Shown here: positions 28,301 through 37,165 of the stretch, piece by piece | Layout: each line of letters opens with the position of its first letter | How positions within the stretch are numbered: the first letter of the stretch is position 1 | NCBI GenBank assembly: GCA_050916095.1 | Contig: CP050901.1 | Span: 1,655,474 to 1,719,473, forward strand | Source: Rhizobacter sp. | GTDB taxonomy: Bacteria; Pseudomonadota; Gammaproteobacteria; Burkholderiales; Burkholderiaceae_C | Direction: 5' to 3' | DNA: 64,000 nt | The notes under the pieces: model-generated | Told to the model about the DNA's origin: nothing | The model's database searches: none | Seen by the model: only the letters and a program-made list of their open reading frames with translations | Program-made: the position numbers and the translations under genes

Positions 28301-30564
28301 ATGAACACATCGTGTTCGGCGAAGCGGCCTTCGAGTTCTTCTAGCTGGGCCAACAAACGAGTCAGGGCCTCGTCGCATTTTTCCGGGGTGTCGGCAAACT
28401 CCAGCGCGTTTTCCACCGCCTGGCCGAAGAGTTTGAACTGCGCGCCGAACTCAGCGGCAGACTCAGAAGCGCCCAAGTTTTTGCGCCGACCCCGTGCTTC
28501 GGCACGTTGCCGGTTGATCTCGCCGTAGAGCGTGGAAATGCGGTCGAGGATGGCGGTGCGCACCACCGCATCACCTCCGGGCAGGGTGCCGAGCTGTTCG
28601 GTCAGCAGGTCCAGTCCCAGGGCTTGTGCGTCCAGTTGGGTGAGCAGTTGCGTCAGGGCTGGACTGGTTTGGGCTTGCGCCAGGTCAGCGGCGCTTTTGA
28701 TCAAGGCCTGCTGGTGGCCGTCAAAGGCGTGTGGGTCGGCCAGAAAGGCCATGGCGCGGCCGCCCACTTGTTGCTGCTGGTCTTGCAGCACATCATCCAT
28801 GGCCTCAATGGCGGCGAGGTCGGCATAACGCAGTTCTTTGAGCGGCTGCAAGCGACCGCGCTGCTGCCGCAGCCTGCCCAGTGCCGCGACGAAGTCATCG
28901 GGTTTGCGCCACAAGGTGCTGGCAATGTCGGTCAGCAGGGTATGTTGCTCGCCCTCAAACTGCTGCAAGGCGCGGGCCGTGTCGCGGCGAATGCTGTCGA
29001 CTTTTTCAAACTCGGTCAGGGTCTGGCGTGCACCCTCCACGATGCCATTCAAGTCATCGGCCAAGCCCTGTGTTTCAGGGGCATCCAACCAGAAATAGGC
29101 GTCGCTGATGCGTGTGCACTGGCGAATCAAGTCTTCGTAAGCGGTGCGGGTGGGCACTTGTTCGCGCACCGCGCGGGTGATGCCCATCAGGTCGGACACG
29201 CCGCGCACCAGTTCGGCATTGCCGACTTTGGCGAAAAAACCGGTGCCGCGTGGCAGCGCGGCGGCATGGTCTTCACTGGCGAAGGGCGTTTGCCACAACT
29301 GCATCTGGTGCACGCGGGTGGGCTCGTTGCCATCAGAGAGGAAAACCAAAATGCGCCCGTCGGGAAACCGCGCGTAACCATGGGCCACGATGGGCGCAGC
29401 CAGGGTTTTGTTGATCAGGTTGTAGGCAAAGAGCACATAGTGGCCGCCACCGGGTTGGTAGAAGACATAGAGCACCTCTTCGCCGTGTGGTGAGCGAATC
29501 AACCGCTTGAAACGCAAGCCGCTGCTCAAGTCTGCTGGCAGGTCAAATCGTTTGTAGTCGCCAGATTGCAAGTACATGCCGCCCGGAAAAATAATGCCGT
29601 GGTCTTCGGGCAGCTGCACGCAGGACACGCCTATGGCATCGATGCGCTCAACCTTTTGCGTTCGGGTGTTGAACACCAGGTAGCGGACGGTGCTTTCGCG
29701 GTAGGGCTTGATGCGCAGCAGAATCAGCAGGCCCAAGCGTGCCCAGGAGAACTCTGCATCCACCAGGGCCTGGTGTTTGTCTTCCACCGGTTCGCTGTAA
29801 ATGCCCAGTCCAGTTTCGGTGTTGTTCTCAATTTTGACGGTGAGGTCGCCGCCCATGGTTTCCACAAACACGGTGTCGAGCACATTGATGTGCGGGTGTT
29901 TGCCGCCAACGTGGTCCTCCCGTGTGGCTACTGTCCACTCGAAATCGTGGGTGGCGGGCAGGGCGATGTCGCGCTCACCACGGTTGTCCAGGTAACGGAT
30001 GCTGCCGTCGCGTTCAATGCTCCATCGGAACACCCTGACATCGTGCAACTGTTGGCCAATCTGGAAGGCCGCCAACAGTTTGTCTTGCGTGACGCGCAAC
30101 TGGATCAATGAGGCTTGTTTGTAATAGGCGTAGAGCTCGCGGAAATCGGCCACAAAACGCGTGTCGTCCAGGAAGGTGCCGGCTGTGGCAACCGCTTCCA
30201 GTTCGTCCGCCCCGTCGTGCACAGCCAATCGGTAAAGCGCAAACACGTCAGCAATGGCGGTTTCTTTGCGCAGGCCGATGAACACGTTGTAGCCCAGCAG
30301 TACCAGGTCACCGATGCGCACCATGTCGCGGGCCACACAATTGTTTTCGGTGCGTGCGCGCGTGCGCAGCAGCAGACTTTGTTCTGAGCGCCCAAACTCA
30401 GTGAGCCGCGCCTCATTGAGTTGCTGGATTTTGGCCAGCAGGCTGTCACCTTGGGTTTGCAGGCGTTTTTTCAGCAGCTCGTAGCTGCCACCTTCGGACA
30501 CCAAGCGCTCCACCGCGTCTTGTGCGGGTGCCGTGGCCGAGGTAGATGATGGGGCGTCAGACAT
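25339..30564 (-). CDS. giant (1741-aa) AAA+ ATPase-domain protein of unknown function
   Basis: Uninterrupted 5.2-kb ORF. C-terminal P-loop NTPase: Walker A ISPPGYGKTTLMEY, Walker B VMLYLDDIQ, AGNP sensor-like motif (AAA_5/MoxR/McrB-like). The N-terminal ~1150 aa has long helical/coiled-coil stretches and no family I can name. Confidence 0.8.
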   Translation of the reverse strand: MSDAPSSTSATAPAQDAVERLVSEGGSYELLKKRLQTQGDSLLAKIQQLNEARLTEFGRSEQSLLLRTRARTENNCVARDMVRIGDLVLLGYNVFIGLRKETAIADVFALYRLAVHDGADELEAVATAGTFLDDTRFVADFRELYAYYKQASLIQLRVTQDKLLAAFQIGQQLHDVRVFRWSIERDGSIRYLDNRGERDIALPATHDFEWTVATREDHVGGKHPHINVLDTVFVETMGGDLTVKIENNTETGLGIYSEPVEDKHQALVDAEFSWARLGLLILLRIKPYRESTVRYLVFNTRTQKVERIDAIGVSCVQLPEDHGIIFPGGMYLQSGDYKRFDLPADLSSGLRFKRLIRSPHGEEVLYVFYQPGGGHYVLFAYNLINKTLAAPIVAHGYARFPDGRILVFLSDGNEPTRVHQMQLWQTPFASEDHAAALPRGTGFFAKVGNAELVRGVSDLMGITRAVREQVPTRTAYEDLIRQCTRISDAYFWLDAPETQGLADDLNGIVEGARQTLTEFEKVDSIRRDTARALQQFEGEQHTLLTDIASTLWRKPDDFVAALGRLRQQRGRLQPLKELRYADLAAIEAMDDVLQDQQQQVGGRAMAFLADPHAFDGHQQALIKSAADLAQAQTSPALTQLLTQLDAQALGLDLLTEQLGTLPGGDAVVRTAILDRISTLYGEINRQRAEARGRRKNLGASESAAEFGAQFKLFGQAVENALEFADTPEKCDEALTRLLAQLEELEGRFAEHDVFITDVANKREAVVDALSARRQSLVEARQRRAQAVAEAAGRILDGIPRRVSGFAEVGQIHGYFAGDPLLAKLRQLMDDLRSLGAAVQADDISTRLKTARDQALRMVRDKGDLVAADGNTLRFGRHAFTIQRQALDLSLLPSQQGPVFQITGTDYMAPVNDARLDALKAYWEQSLASETADISRAEYLAGCLMQAVLQGQHTLPWADLVAAVGRADEVSTGATPVIELVRTLAAPRYQEGYQKGVHDEDATRILTALVRMQDGAGLLAFGPVERAWAMLYATQGLKADACEALQRRARAALQMQQLFSSQQALITLEGDTALALQRFASEFMHGDEAPNERDKALNDTRAAQAAAYLVRQLASMDGSTASWVVSGPADDLASSLRRELEQRGRWADWQRDLAASSPAERWRLARDWTRAYAASHTQDHDNRRWADEAATVLCLQTPRQRINATLEIQVDGLLSEHPRLQQGQLRLNLNDFWQRFLHHQNQVLPAFESLQRLRHELISQEKKRLRLHQFQAKPLSTFVRNRLIDEVYLPLIGDNLAKQMGAAGDASRTDRMGLLLLISPPGYGKTTLMEYVADRLGMVFVRINCPALGHDVVSIDPASAEHSAAKQELEKLNLGLAMGSNVMLYLDDIQHTHPEFLQKFIALADGTRRIEGVWNGEPRSYDLRGKRFAVVMAGNPYTESGDVFKIPDMLANRADIYNLGDVLSGREALFALSYLENSLTANPVLLPLSSRDPKDVHLLVQRAQGQEVADSQFTHPYGAAELEELTQLFKRLFRARDLLLKVNLNYIESAAQKDDYRTEPPFKLQGSYRNMTKLAAQINPQMRDDELDALLRDHYRGEAQTLTTGAEENLLKLAQLLGTPTPDEAQRWQAICEEFVRQRKLGGSDTDGSTRIATTLLDVARAVDGLKPPQTAVPKPTESEGVRLAEAMLEIAVTYRKILMPLIAATENRLNLDHSIHNEVERVAKQLEDVRSRQTAPKGKGS

Positions 30565-30645
30565 GAGGAATCAGTGGAGTCCGGTTGGAGGGCCGAGGTG
30601 GTTGGTGCCGCGCTTCAAAACGCGCACACGGCCTTTAGAGGGCCT

Positions 30646-30894
30646 TTAAAGGCTGTGTTGTGCACGCAAATCGGCCACCGCCTTGCGCATGTCATCGCTC
30701 AAATCAGACGGCGTCAGTTTGGCGATGATGCTGCGCAGGATGCGCTTTTCGTTGTCGTCCACCGCGCCGTCTCGCTGGGCAATGGCGACAATTTTCTTCA
30801 GCTCTGCCACCTCCAGCACACCGTCGTTGGAAAAACACTGGATGGAACGGAAGGCCATCTCTAAGTAGTCGCGGGATTCAGCCATGTTGAACAT
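30646..30894 (-). CDS. small TerB-like (tellurite-resistance TerB / DjlA-N-like) domain protein
   Basis: 82 aa with duplicated DG(x5)E pattern (SNDGVLEVAELKKIVAIAQRDGAVDDNEKRIL). Sits between the flotillin and the giant ATPase gene. Confidence 0.5.
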   Translation of the reverse strand: MFNMAESRDYLEMAFRSIQCFSNDGVLEVAELKKIVAIAQRDGAVDDNEKRILRSIIAKLTPSDLSDDMRKAVADLRAQHSL

Positions 30895-30929
30895 TCCTTA
30901 TCGTTGAAAATTGGAAGTGAGCTGAGCCT

Positions 30930-33071
30930 TCAAGACTTACCCAAACTCTTGAGCAGGTTTTGCAACGCTGTCTTCTGAGACTCATCACCGTCGCGCATGA
31001 CCTTGCTCAGCAGCGAGGCCACGCTCAGGTTCTGAATTTCGCTGGCTGAACTGCCCAAAGCGCCAAGCAGCTCGCGCAGGTCTGGGATCACATCGCGCTC
31101 ACCGGCCAATTGGTCTTTGAAGGCCACTTGCAAGGTTTTGCTTTTGTTCACCACACCGTCGATGCCTTTGCCCACGGACAAGGCATTGACGAAGCGGTCG
31201 AAGTAGTCGCCTTCGCCACCCACGATGTCGATCTTGGCATTGGTCAAAGCGGTACCCAAAACATCCGCTTGCTCGCGGGCGATGGAGGTTTGCGCCTCAA
31301 TGCCTTTGACGGTTTCAATGTGGGCCTTCTCCAATTGCATGCGGAATTCTTCGTGGGCCCGGGTCTCGGGGCTCATGGCGCTCATGGCTTCGAACTTGTC
31401 ACGCAGGCCCTTGGCCTCAGCCTGGAAGCGGACTTCAATGGTGTTCGCATCGGCTTGGCCCGACTTCACCACCGCGTCGGCGTCGGCCAGGCGCACCTGC
31501 ACGTCGGCCAAACCGAGTTTTTCTTTGCCTGTGGCTTCGGCTTCGAGTTTGGCTTGCAGGCCCGCCGCTTCGGCTTGGGAGCGCAGTTCAATCACCTTGG
31601 CTTCGGATTGGCCTTCTTTCAAAGTGGCCTCGGCGCCGGCAGTGCGCACATGGACATCGGCCATGCCTTGTTTCTCGATGGCATCGGCTTGCACCATGGT
31701 GACCTTGGCCGCGGCCAAACCAGGTGCGGCGCTGAGGGCCTCAACGCCTTCTGCTTCGCGTTTTTTGGCTTCCGCGTCTTTCTCAGCCACTTTCAATCGC
31801 GCGTCGGCCAGGGTGGTTTCTTCCACTGCTTTGTGGCGGGCACGGCGTTCTTGGGCTTCGGCGGCTTTGACTTCGGTGATGAGTTTTTCCTCGGCTTGGC
31901 CTTCCGCCAGGATCACCGTTGATTGTTTGGTGCGGCTGGCGTCGGCCACCACACGCAGCTCTTTGATGGCTTCTTCTTGTTCGGCCACGGTGCGCTCGAC
32001 CACGATGCGCTCGCGGATGACGTCGGCGATGGCTTTCTTTTGCACCTCGACGGCTTTGTCTTTCTCGATTTTCTGCAGCGTCACTTCTTTCTCGCGGTCC
32101 ACCACCTCCAGCTCGCGGGCACGAATGACTTTTTCCTCTTCAATCGCCACGGCACGCTTGCGGTTGTTCTCGGCCACTTCTTTTTCACGCAGCACGTTTT
32201 CTTGCTGCACGGACACCGACTGTTCGGCCTGCAAGCGAGCCATCTCAGACTTCGTTTTTTCTTCGGACTGAACTTTTGATGTTTCGGCCTCTTCGCGGGC
32301 CTTCACCGTGGCCACCTCACGCGACTGGCGGGCCTGCGCATCGGCCGCTTGGCGCTCCAGCTCCAGCAGGGCTTCTTGGGTTTCGACGTTTTTCTTTTTG
32401 ATCTGCATCTCTTCGTTGCGACGCAGCTCGTTGGTGCGCACATGCTCCACCGCCGTCAATTCGGTGATTTTTTTGATGCCCTGCGCATCCAGGATGTTGT
32501 TGGAATCGAGTTTTTCCAGGGGTGTTTGTTCGAGGTAGTCGATGGCTGCATCGTCCAGCACATAGCCCGAGAGGTCGTCGCCAATCTGGCTGATGATCTC
32601 GTCTCGGAAGCGGTCACGCGCCTGGTACAGGTCGACGAAATCCATGGCTTTGCCAACAGTTTTCAAAGCCTCTGAGAACTTGGCGGAGAACAGCTCCTCC
32701 AGCGTCTCTTGGCTGGACGCTCTTGCGCAGCCTATGGCCTGCGCTACCTTCAAGACGTCGTCGGCGGTTTTGTTAACGCGCACGAAAAATTTCACTTTGA
32801 TGTCGGCGCGAATGTTGTCGCGGCAAATCAGGCCCTCGAGGCCCGAGCGGTCAATTTCAATGGTTTTGACCGAAATCTCCATCAACTCAGCCTTGTGGAT
32901 GATGGGGTAGACCATGCGGCCAGTGAACGTCACTTCCGGTTCGGCGCGTAAGGTGTTGATGATGAGCGCATGGCCTTGTTCTATCTTGCGATAGAACTTG
33001 GCAAACATGGCGACGAAACACAGCAGAAAGAAAGCCGCTAAACCCGCGGCGACGATGACGGTGAACTCCAT
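30930..33071 (-). CDS. yqiK: flotillin/SPFH (band 7) family inner-membrane protein, YqiK-like
   Basis: N-terminal TM segment, SPFH domain, then a very long Ala/Glu-rich coiled-coil repeat region. Start trimmed to MEFTVIVAAGL. Confidence 0.8.
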   Translation of the reverse strand: MEFTVIVAAGLAAFFLLCFVAMFAKFYRKIEQGHALIINTLRAEPEVTFTGRMVYPIIHKAELMEISVKTIEIDRSGLEGLICRDNIRADIKVKFFVRVNKTADDVLKVAQAIGCARASSQETLEELFSAKFSEALKTVGKAMDFVDLYQARDRFRDEIISQIGDDLSGYVLDDAAIDYLEQTPLEKLDSNNILDAQGIKKITELTAVEHVRTNELRRNEEMQIKKKNVETQEALLELERQAADAQARQSREVATVKAREEAETSKVQSEEKTKSEMARLQAEQSVSVQQENVLREKEVAENNRKRAVAIEEEKVIRARELEVVDREKEVTLQKIEKDKAVEVQKKAIADVIRERIVVERTVAEQEEAIKELRVVADASRTKQSTVILAEGQAEEKLITEVKAAEAQERRARHKAVEETTLADARLKVAEKDAEAKKREAEGVEALSAAPGLAAAKVTMVQADAIEKQGMADVHVRTAGAEATLKEGQSEAKVIELRSQAEAAGLQAKLEAEATGKEKLGLADVQVRLADADAVVKSGQADANTIEVRFQAEAKGLRDKFEAMSAMSPETRAHEEFRMQLEKAHIETVKGIEAQTSIAREQADVLGTALTNAKIDIVGGEGDYFDRFVNALSVGKGIDGVVNKSKTLQVAFKDQLAGERDVIPDLRELLGALGSSASEIQNLSVASLLSKVMRDGDESQKTALQNLLKSLGKS

Positions 33072-33126
33072 ATGATTCCTTTTTTTGTAGCGTGAAGTGT
33101 TGAGTGGAATGCTGGTGGCTGTCAGT

Positions 33127-33774
33127 TCAAAGCAATGCATCCGGTGACGGTCGAACCAAATAATGACGAGTGGTTTCGTTGTAGGCCACGATTTGCGCTT
33201 TGTCGCCCTTGACCAGGGTTTGAGGCGCTTGTGTCCAGACCCGGATGTGAACGTTGGTGCCCTGCTGTATCACCGCAGCGCGGCCAAAACGATCATCCAC
33301 ACGCTGGCTCAATACGACGCAGGTTTGTCCCACCAGGCCGGCATTGCCAACGGCGTGGTGGACGAAGAAGAGCCCTCGCATGGGACGAATCAACAGGGCC
33401 GTCAGTGGAATCGATGCCGCCAGGCTTAGCAGCAAGATGACGGTGCCGCTGACCCAAAAAATGAAGCCGCTGCCAAGGCTGGCCAAGACCCATTGGCCCG
33501 CCAGGCAACACAAGGTCCACGACAGCAGCACCAAGATGCTGACCACGATGGAAAACGGCACACCGTGCAAGCCCATGGCCACCGCGTAACCGGCGAGGGT
33601 GGACAGCTCGCCGGGGTCGCCGTCGGCCTGCAACTCCACTTCCAGGTCGAGACCGGTGGATTCGAAATCCACAAACCCCACCAAGGCCAGCAGCCAGTAC
33701 ACCAGCACCACCAGCAGCAGTGCGGTGAAGATGGCAGTGGGGTAACTCAATGCGGCACCGATAAAACGGTCCAT
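33127..33774 (-). CDS. yqiJ: NfeD-like membrane protein (YqiJ/DUF1449) with C-terminal OB-fold
   Basis: 215 aa, multi-TM N-terminus and soluble C-terminus. Canonical upstream partner of flotillin. Confidence 0.7.
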   Translation of the reverse strand: MDRFIGAALSYPTAIFTALLLVVLVYWLLALVGFVDFESTGLDLEVELQADGDPGELSTLAGYAVAMGLHGVPFSIVVSILVLLSWTLCCLAGQWVLASLGSGFIFWVSGTVILLLSLAASIPLTALLIRPMRGLFFVHHAVGNAGLVGQTCVVLSQRVDDRFGRAAVIQQGTNVHIRVWTQAPQTLVKGDKAQIVAYNETTRHYLVRPSPDALL

Positions 33775-33829
33775 GCTTTCCTCCCTCGATGCGTGATGGG
33801 CTTTTAGACCACCGTTTTTTGTGAGTGAA

Positions 33830-34165
33830 TTATCGGTGTGTGATGCTTTGCTGCGCGAAGCGGATCAGTTCCTGGGTCACGCGTTCTTTGATGGTTAGTT
33901 TGTCGTCTGGCGGTAACCCGTAACGTTGGGCGAGGACCTCATAGTCAGCCGTGGTCAACGATACGGTGAGCCTGGGGCGCTTGGGCCGGGTGGGCGCAGA
34001 CAACTGCAGCAGCGCCCGGATTTGGTCTGAAGTGGACAGGTTGTTGTGAAACGCAGCCGTGCGCACCGCTTGCAGCACGGTTTCTTCCACATCAAAGGCC
34101 ACCTGGACTGCACGCAGCGCGTCGTCTGACCCACTCCAGCGCGCCGGCTTGCGTTGCATGGTCAT
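33830..34165 (-). CDS. hypothetical protein
   Basis: 111-aa ORF with 4-bp overlap to the upstream PspA-family gene. Confidence 0.4.
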   Translation of the reverse strand: MTMQRKPARWSGSDDALRAVQVAFDVEETVLQAVRTAAFHNNLSTSDQIRALLQLSAPTRPKRPRLTVSLTTADYEVLAQRYGLPPDDKLTIKERVTQELIRFAQQSITHR

Positions 34166-34872
34166 GTGGGATTCTGCGACTCGTTTTGACGTCTCGCACG
34201 AATGCGATCCATCACGGCTTGCTGGCGCTGTGCGTTGTCGCCTATGCCCGCCTTCGCGAGTTTTTCGGTGAGCGCTGCATCACCGAGGTCTTTGTTCAGT
34301 TGCTCGGCGGCTGTCATGCGGTCGGCCAGGGTTTCATGGCGCTGCTTGATGCGTTCCAACGATTCGCGGGCACTCACCAAACGTGAGCCGCCGTGGTCGA
34401 TGTTGTCCGAGATGGAGCGCGTCGCCCGGTAGACGCTCTCGGTGGTTTTGGCGATGCCCAGTTCTCGTTCGTGTTCGCGGATGCGTGCCTCGGCGGTTTT
34501 GATCAGGTCTTTCAAACGCGACACCTGCAGCGAGCAGGCCGCGTGCGCGCGGCTTTGCGCTTGCAGTGCCAAATCCAGCGCGCCCACTTTGCTGGCCACT
34601 TCTTCGGCCAGTTGGTCTTCATGTTTGTTCAGCGCCTCGACAGCCAGGGTTTCATAGCGCTGGATCTCGTTCTGTAATTTTTCGATTTCACGGGCGCTTT
34701 GCATTTCGTGCGCCATGACACCAGCGAGTTCATGCTTGGCATCGGAGACGGATCTTTTGGCATCCAGAATTTCTTGCTCGTAAATCGCGCTGGCGTTGGC
34801 GTCGACCACGCTCTCGCCGATGTCGCGCATGCTGCTGCGCATAAGGGTGATGACTTTTTTTATCACGGACAT
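34162..34872 (-). CDS. PspA/IM30 family protein (YjfJ-like)
   Basis: Coiled-coil PspA pattern. Start trimmed to MSVIKKVITLMRSSMRDIGESVVDANASAIYEQEILDAKR. Confidence 0.75.
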   Translation of the reverse strand: MSVIKKVITLMRSSMRDIGESVVDANASAIYEQEILDAKRSVSDAKHELAGVMAHEMQSAREIEKLQNEIQRYETLAVEALNKHEDQLAEEVASKVGALDLALQAQSRAHAACSLQVSRLKDLIKTAEARIREHERELGIAKTTESVYRATRSISDNIDHGGSRLVSARESLERIKQRHETLADRMTAAEQLNKDLGDAALTEKLAKAGIGDNAQRQQAVMDRIRARRQNESQNPT

Positions 34873-34900
34873 GGGGGTCTCCCGGGCGTTGCGGGGTGCG

Positions 34901-35317
34901 TCATTGCAAAAACTCCGACAGCGCGTCCAACGCATCCAGCGCGTTGTCGCTGAGTATGGACACGTCATGGGCGACGTCCTGAACCTTGGCATCACGCGCC
35001 AGCGCACCAAACAAGACGAAGCGCTTGCCGACGCGGCCAAAGGAGGACAGCGGCACCGAGGGATTCAGGTCGAGCAAAGTTTCCAGTAATTCGCCTCGGC
35101 GTTCAGGCAGTACTTCATCGTCCGACCAGAGGTAACACAGGCACAGAATTTGGGCCTCAGAACTGGTGAGGTAAATGGGCAACTCTTGCCGCCCCTCAAT
35201 GCTGATCTGCACCACAGGGACGTCGCCCGGTATCGGCTGCAGATCGACAGCGACGCCGCCCATGGCCTCGCCTATCAGCACGTCCAAACCCTCCAGCAAC
35301 TCGTGCAGTGTTTTCAT
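34901..35317 (-). CDS. DUF2170 (YjfI-like) protein
   Basis: Start trimmed to the Met preceded by the strong RBS GGGAGG (MKTLHELLEGLDVLIGEA...). YjfI/YjfJ pairing as in E. coli. Confidence 0.6.
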   Translation of the reverse strand: MKTLHELLEGLDVLIGEAMGGVAVDLQPIPGDVPVVQISIEGRQELPIYLTSSEAQILCLCYLWSDDEVLPERRGELLETLLDLNPSVPLSSFGRVGKRFVLFGALARDAKVQDVAHDVSILSDNALDALDALSEFLQ

Positions 35318-35374
35318 ATCCTCCCTTGATCGGACTCTCGTTGGCGGAGCCCATGGGCGGCAGAATACGTGTTC

Positions 35375-35389
35375 TGACATAACATGTCA
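35375..35389. promoter_or_regulatory. palindrome TGACATAACATGTCA upstream of the DUF2170-...-PLD operon (candidate operator)
   Basis: 6-bp arms (TGACAT/ATGTCA) with a 3-bp spacer, about 60 bp upstream of the first gene's start. Confidence 0.3.
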
Positions 35390-35465
35390 ACCGCTTTTTA
35401 TTGGGCGGCTTCAGGCCACGGGTGTCGAGGGATAAATGACTGTTGGCTCCTCTAGCTGTGTCGAT

Positions 35466-36035
35466 TCAGCGTGGCGACACGCCGATCAGCCACAGGTGCA
35501 GGCCACTGATGAAAGCGCCATAGAGCACGAGTCCCAAGAAGATCGCCAGCAGGTCGTTGAAACGCCCGGCGGGCACGCCTGGCACAGCCCTGGCAGGCCG
35601 ACGTTTAAGCGACACACGGTCGGCCACCGCCCAGAGCAACAAGCTGCCAAACAGCAGCACATCGGCCACGTTGCCATTGGCCAGCAAATGCGCCAGTGCC
35701 CAGAGTTTGGTGGCCAAGAGCATGGGGTGTTTGGCCGCGCGTTGGATACGACCCGGCAAGTAGGCGGCCAGCAGCAGCACAAAGACGGGCGCCATCAAAA
35801 GCAGGGCGATATGACGAAGGGCCGTGGGCACCTGGTACAGCACCACAGGATGCAGTCGCGCCTGGCCGTAGCCCGCCACGATCAAAACCAAGCCCAGCAC
35901 GGCCACCAGCGAGTACACCCCTTTCCACAACGTTTCTCCCCGCAGCGCCACCTGCCGGTCGCGCCAGGCAGGCGCAACGATGGACAGGCTGTGGATGCCG
36001 ATGAAAAGAATCAGTCCAATGATGAGCAGGGTCAT
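35466..36035 (-). CDS. NnrU family membrane protein
   Basis: Start trimmed to MTLLIIGLILFIGIHSLSIV. Multi-TM NnrU pattern. Confidence 0.65.
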   Translation of the reverse strand: MTLLIIGLILFIGIHSLSIVAPAWRDRQVALRGETLWKGVYSLVAVLGLVLIVAGYGQARLHPVVLYQVPTALRHIALLLMAPVFVLLLAAYLPGRIQRAAKHPMLLATKLWALAHLLANGNVADVLLFGSLLLWAVADRVSLKRRPARAVPGVPAGRFNDLLAIFLGLVLYGAFISGLHLWLIGVSPR

Positions 36036-36091
36036 GCGGGGCTCCGTGGGTCGGCCATGGAGTGTAGGGGGTGAGCCCGCTGCGCCGTGTG

Positions 36092-37165
36092 TCAGCGCTC
36101 TGGCGTATCGACCCCGAGCCGCTGCTGCAGTTTGGAACTGCTGGTGGTGTATTCCAAGCGGACCGGTTGATCGGGAAACACTATTGCAGCGGCCGCAAAC
36201 GCGGCCAGCGTAGCCTCGTGAAAGCCGCACAGGATGAGTTTGCGTTTGCCGGGGTAGGTGTTGACGTCACCCACCGCGAAGATGCCCGGCACGCTGGTTT
36301 GGAATTTCTCGGTGTCCACCACCACCTGTTTGCGCTCCAGGTCCAAGCCCCATTGCGCGATCGGGCCGAGCCTGGGCGACAGGCCCAGGAAAACCAGCAG
36401 CGCATCCAGCGGCAGGGTTCGTGTGTTGACATCTGTGTCCGTGATGTGCACGCCTCGGAGGCGTCCACTGTCGATCTCCAAGCCGGTGATCTGCCCCACA
36501 TGGAATTGAATCTGCTGCGCCTCGCACAAGGCCTGTACCTTGGCCACGCGGGCGGGTTCGGCCTGGAAACCATCACGGCGGTGCACCAGGGTGACGCTGG
36601 CGGCTTGGTGCGGGCCCGGTTGCGCAAAGTAGGCGGCCCAGTCGAGGGCCGTGTCGCCGCCGCCATTGATAGTGATGTGTTGGCCTTGGAACAAGGCCGG
36701 GTCTTTGACGCCGTAAAAAATCTGCGTGCCGACCAAGGGCTCGACGCCATCCACCTTCAGCGAACGCGGTTGAAACGAGCCCACGCCGCCTGCGACAAAA
36801 ATGGTTTTGGTGATGAAACCCTGGCCCTGGACGGTGGCCACATCAAACCGCCCATCCTCGCGCCGCTGCACCAGGCTGACTTCCTGGCCCATGTGAAAGC
36901 GGGCACCCAGGGGTTTGATTTGGTCCAGCAGCCTGTCGACCAGTTCTCGGCCTGTGCAGGCGGGCAGTGCGGGAATGTCGTAGATGGGTTTGTCAGGGTA
37001 CAACTCGGCGCATTGGCCGCCAGGGTGGTCCAGCGTGTCCACTACATGAGCTTGAATGCCGAGCAAGCCCAGCTCGAACACCTGGAACAAACCCACAGGA
37101 CCGGCGCCGATGATGAGGGCGTCGGTTTCTATTGGCGCCAATGTGGAGTCGAGCAGTTTCGACAT
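36092..37165 (-). CDS. ferredoxin-NADP+ reductase (thioredoxin-reductase-like FNR type 2)
   Basis: 357 aa with two dinucleotide-binding motifs (IIGAGPVGL and [12 protein letters not shown]). Confidence 0.8.
   Translation of the reverse strand: MSKLLDSTLAPIETDALIIGAGPVGLFQVFELGLLGIQAHVVDTLDHPGGQCAELYPDKPIYDIPALPACTGRELVDRLLDQIKPLGARFHMGQEVSLVQRREDGRFDVATVQGQGFITKTIFVAGGVGSFQPRSLKVDGVEPLVGTQIFYGVKDPALFQGQHITINGGGDTALDWAAYFAQPGPHQAASVTLVHRRDGFQAEPARVAKVQALCEAQQIQFHVGQITGLEIDSGRLRGVHITDTDVNTRTLPLDALLVFLGLSPRLGPIAQWGLDLERKQVVVDTEKFQTSVPGIFAVGDVNTYPGKRKLILCGFHEATLAAFAAAAIVFPDQPVRLEYTTSSSKLQQRLGVDTPER

Noticed and set aside
31110-32279. Plus-strand ORFs (31110-31922, 31225-32271, 31923-32279)
   Set aside because: They lie antisense to a well-supported flotillin gene. 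Long antisense ORFs are expected at this GC content.
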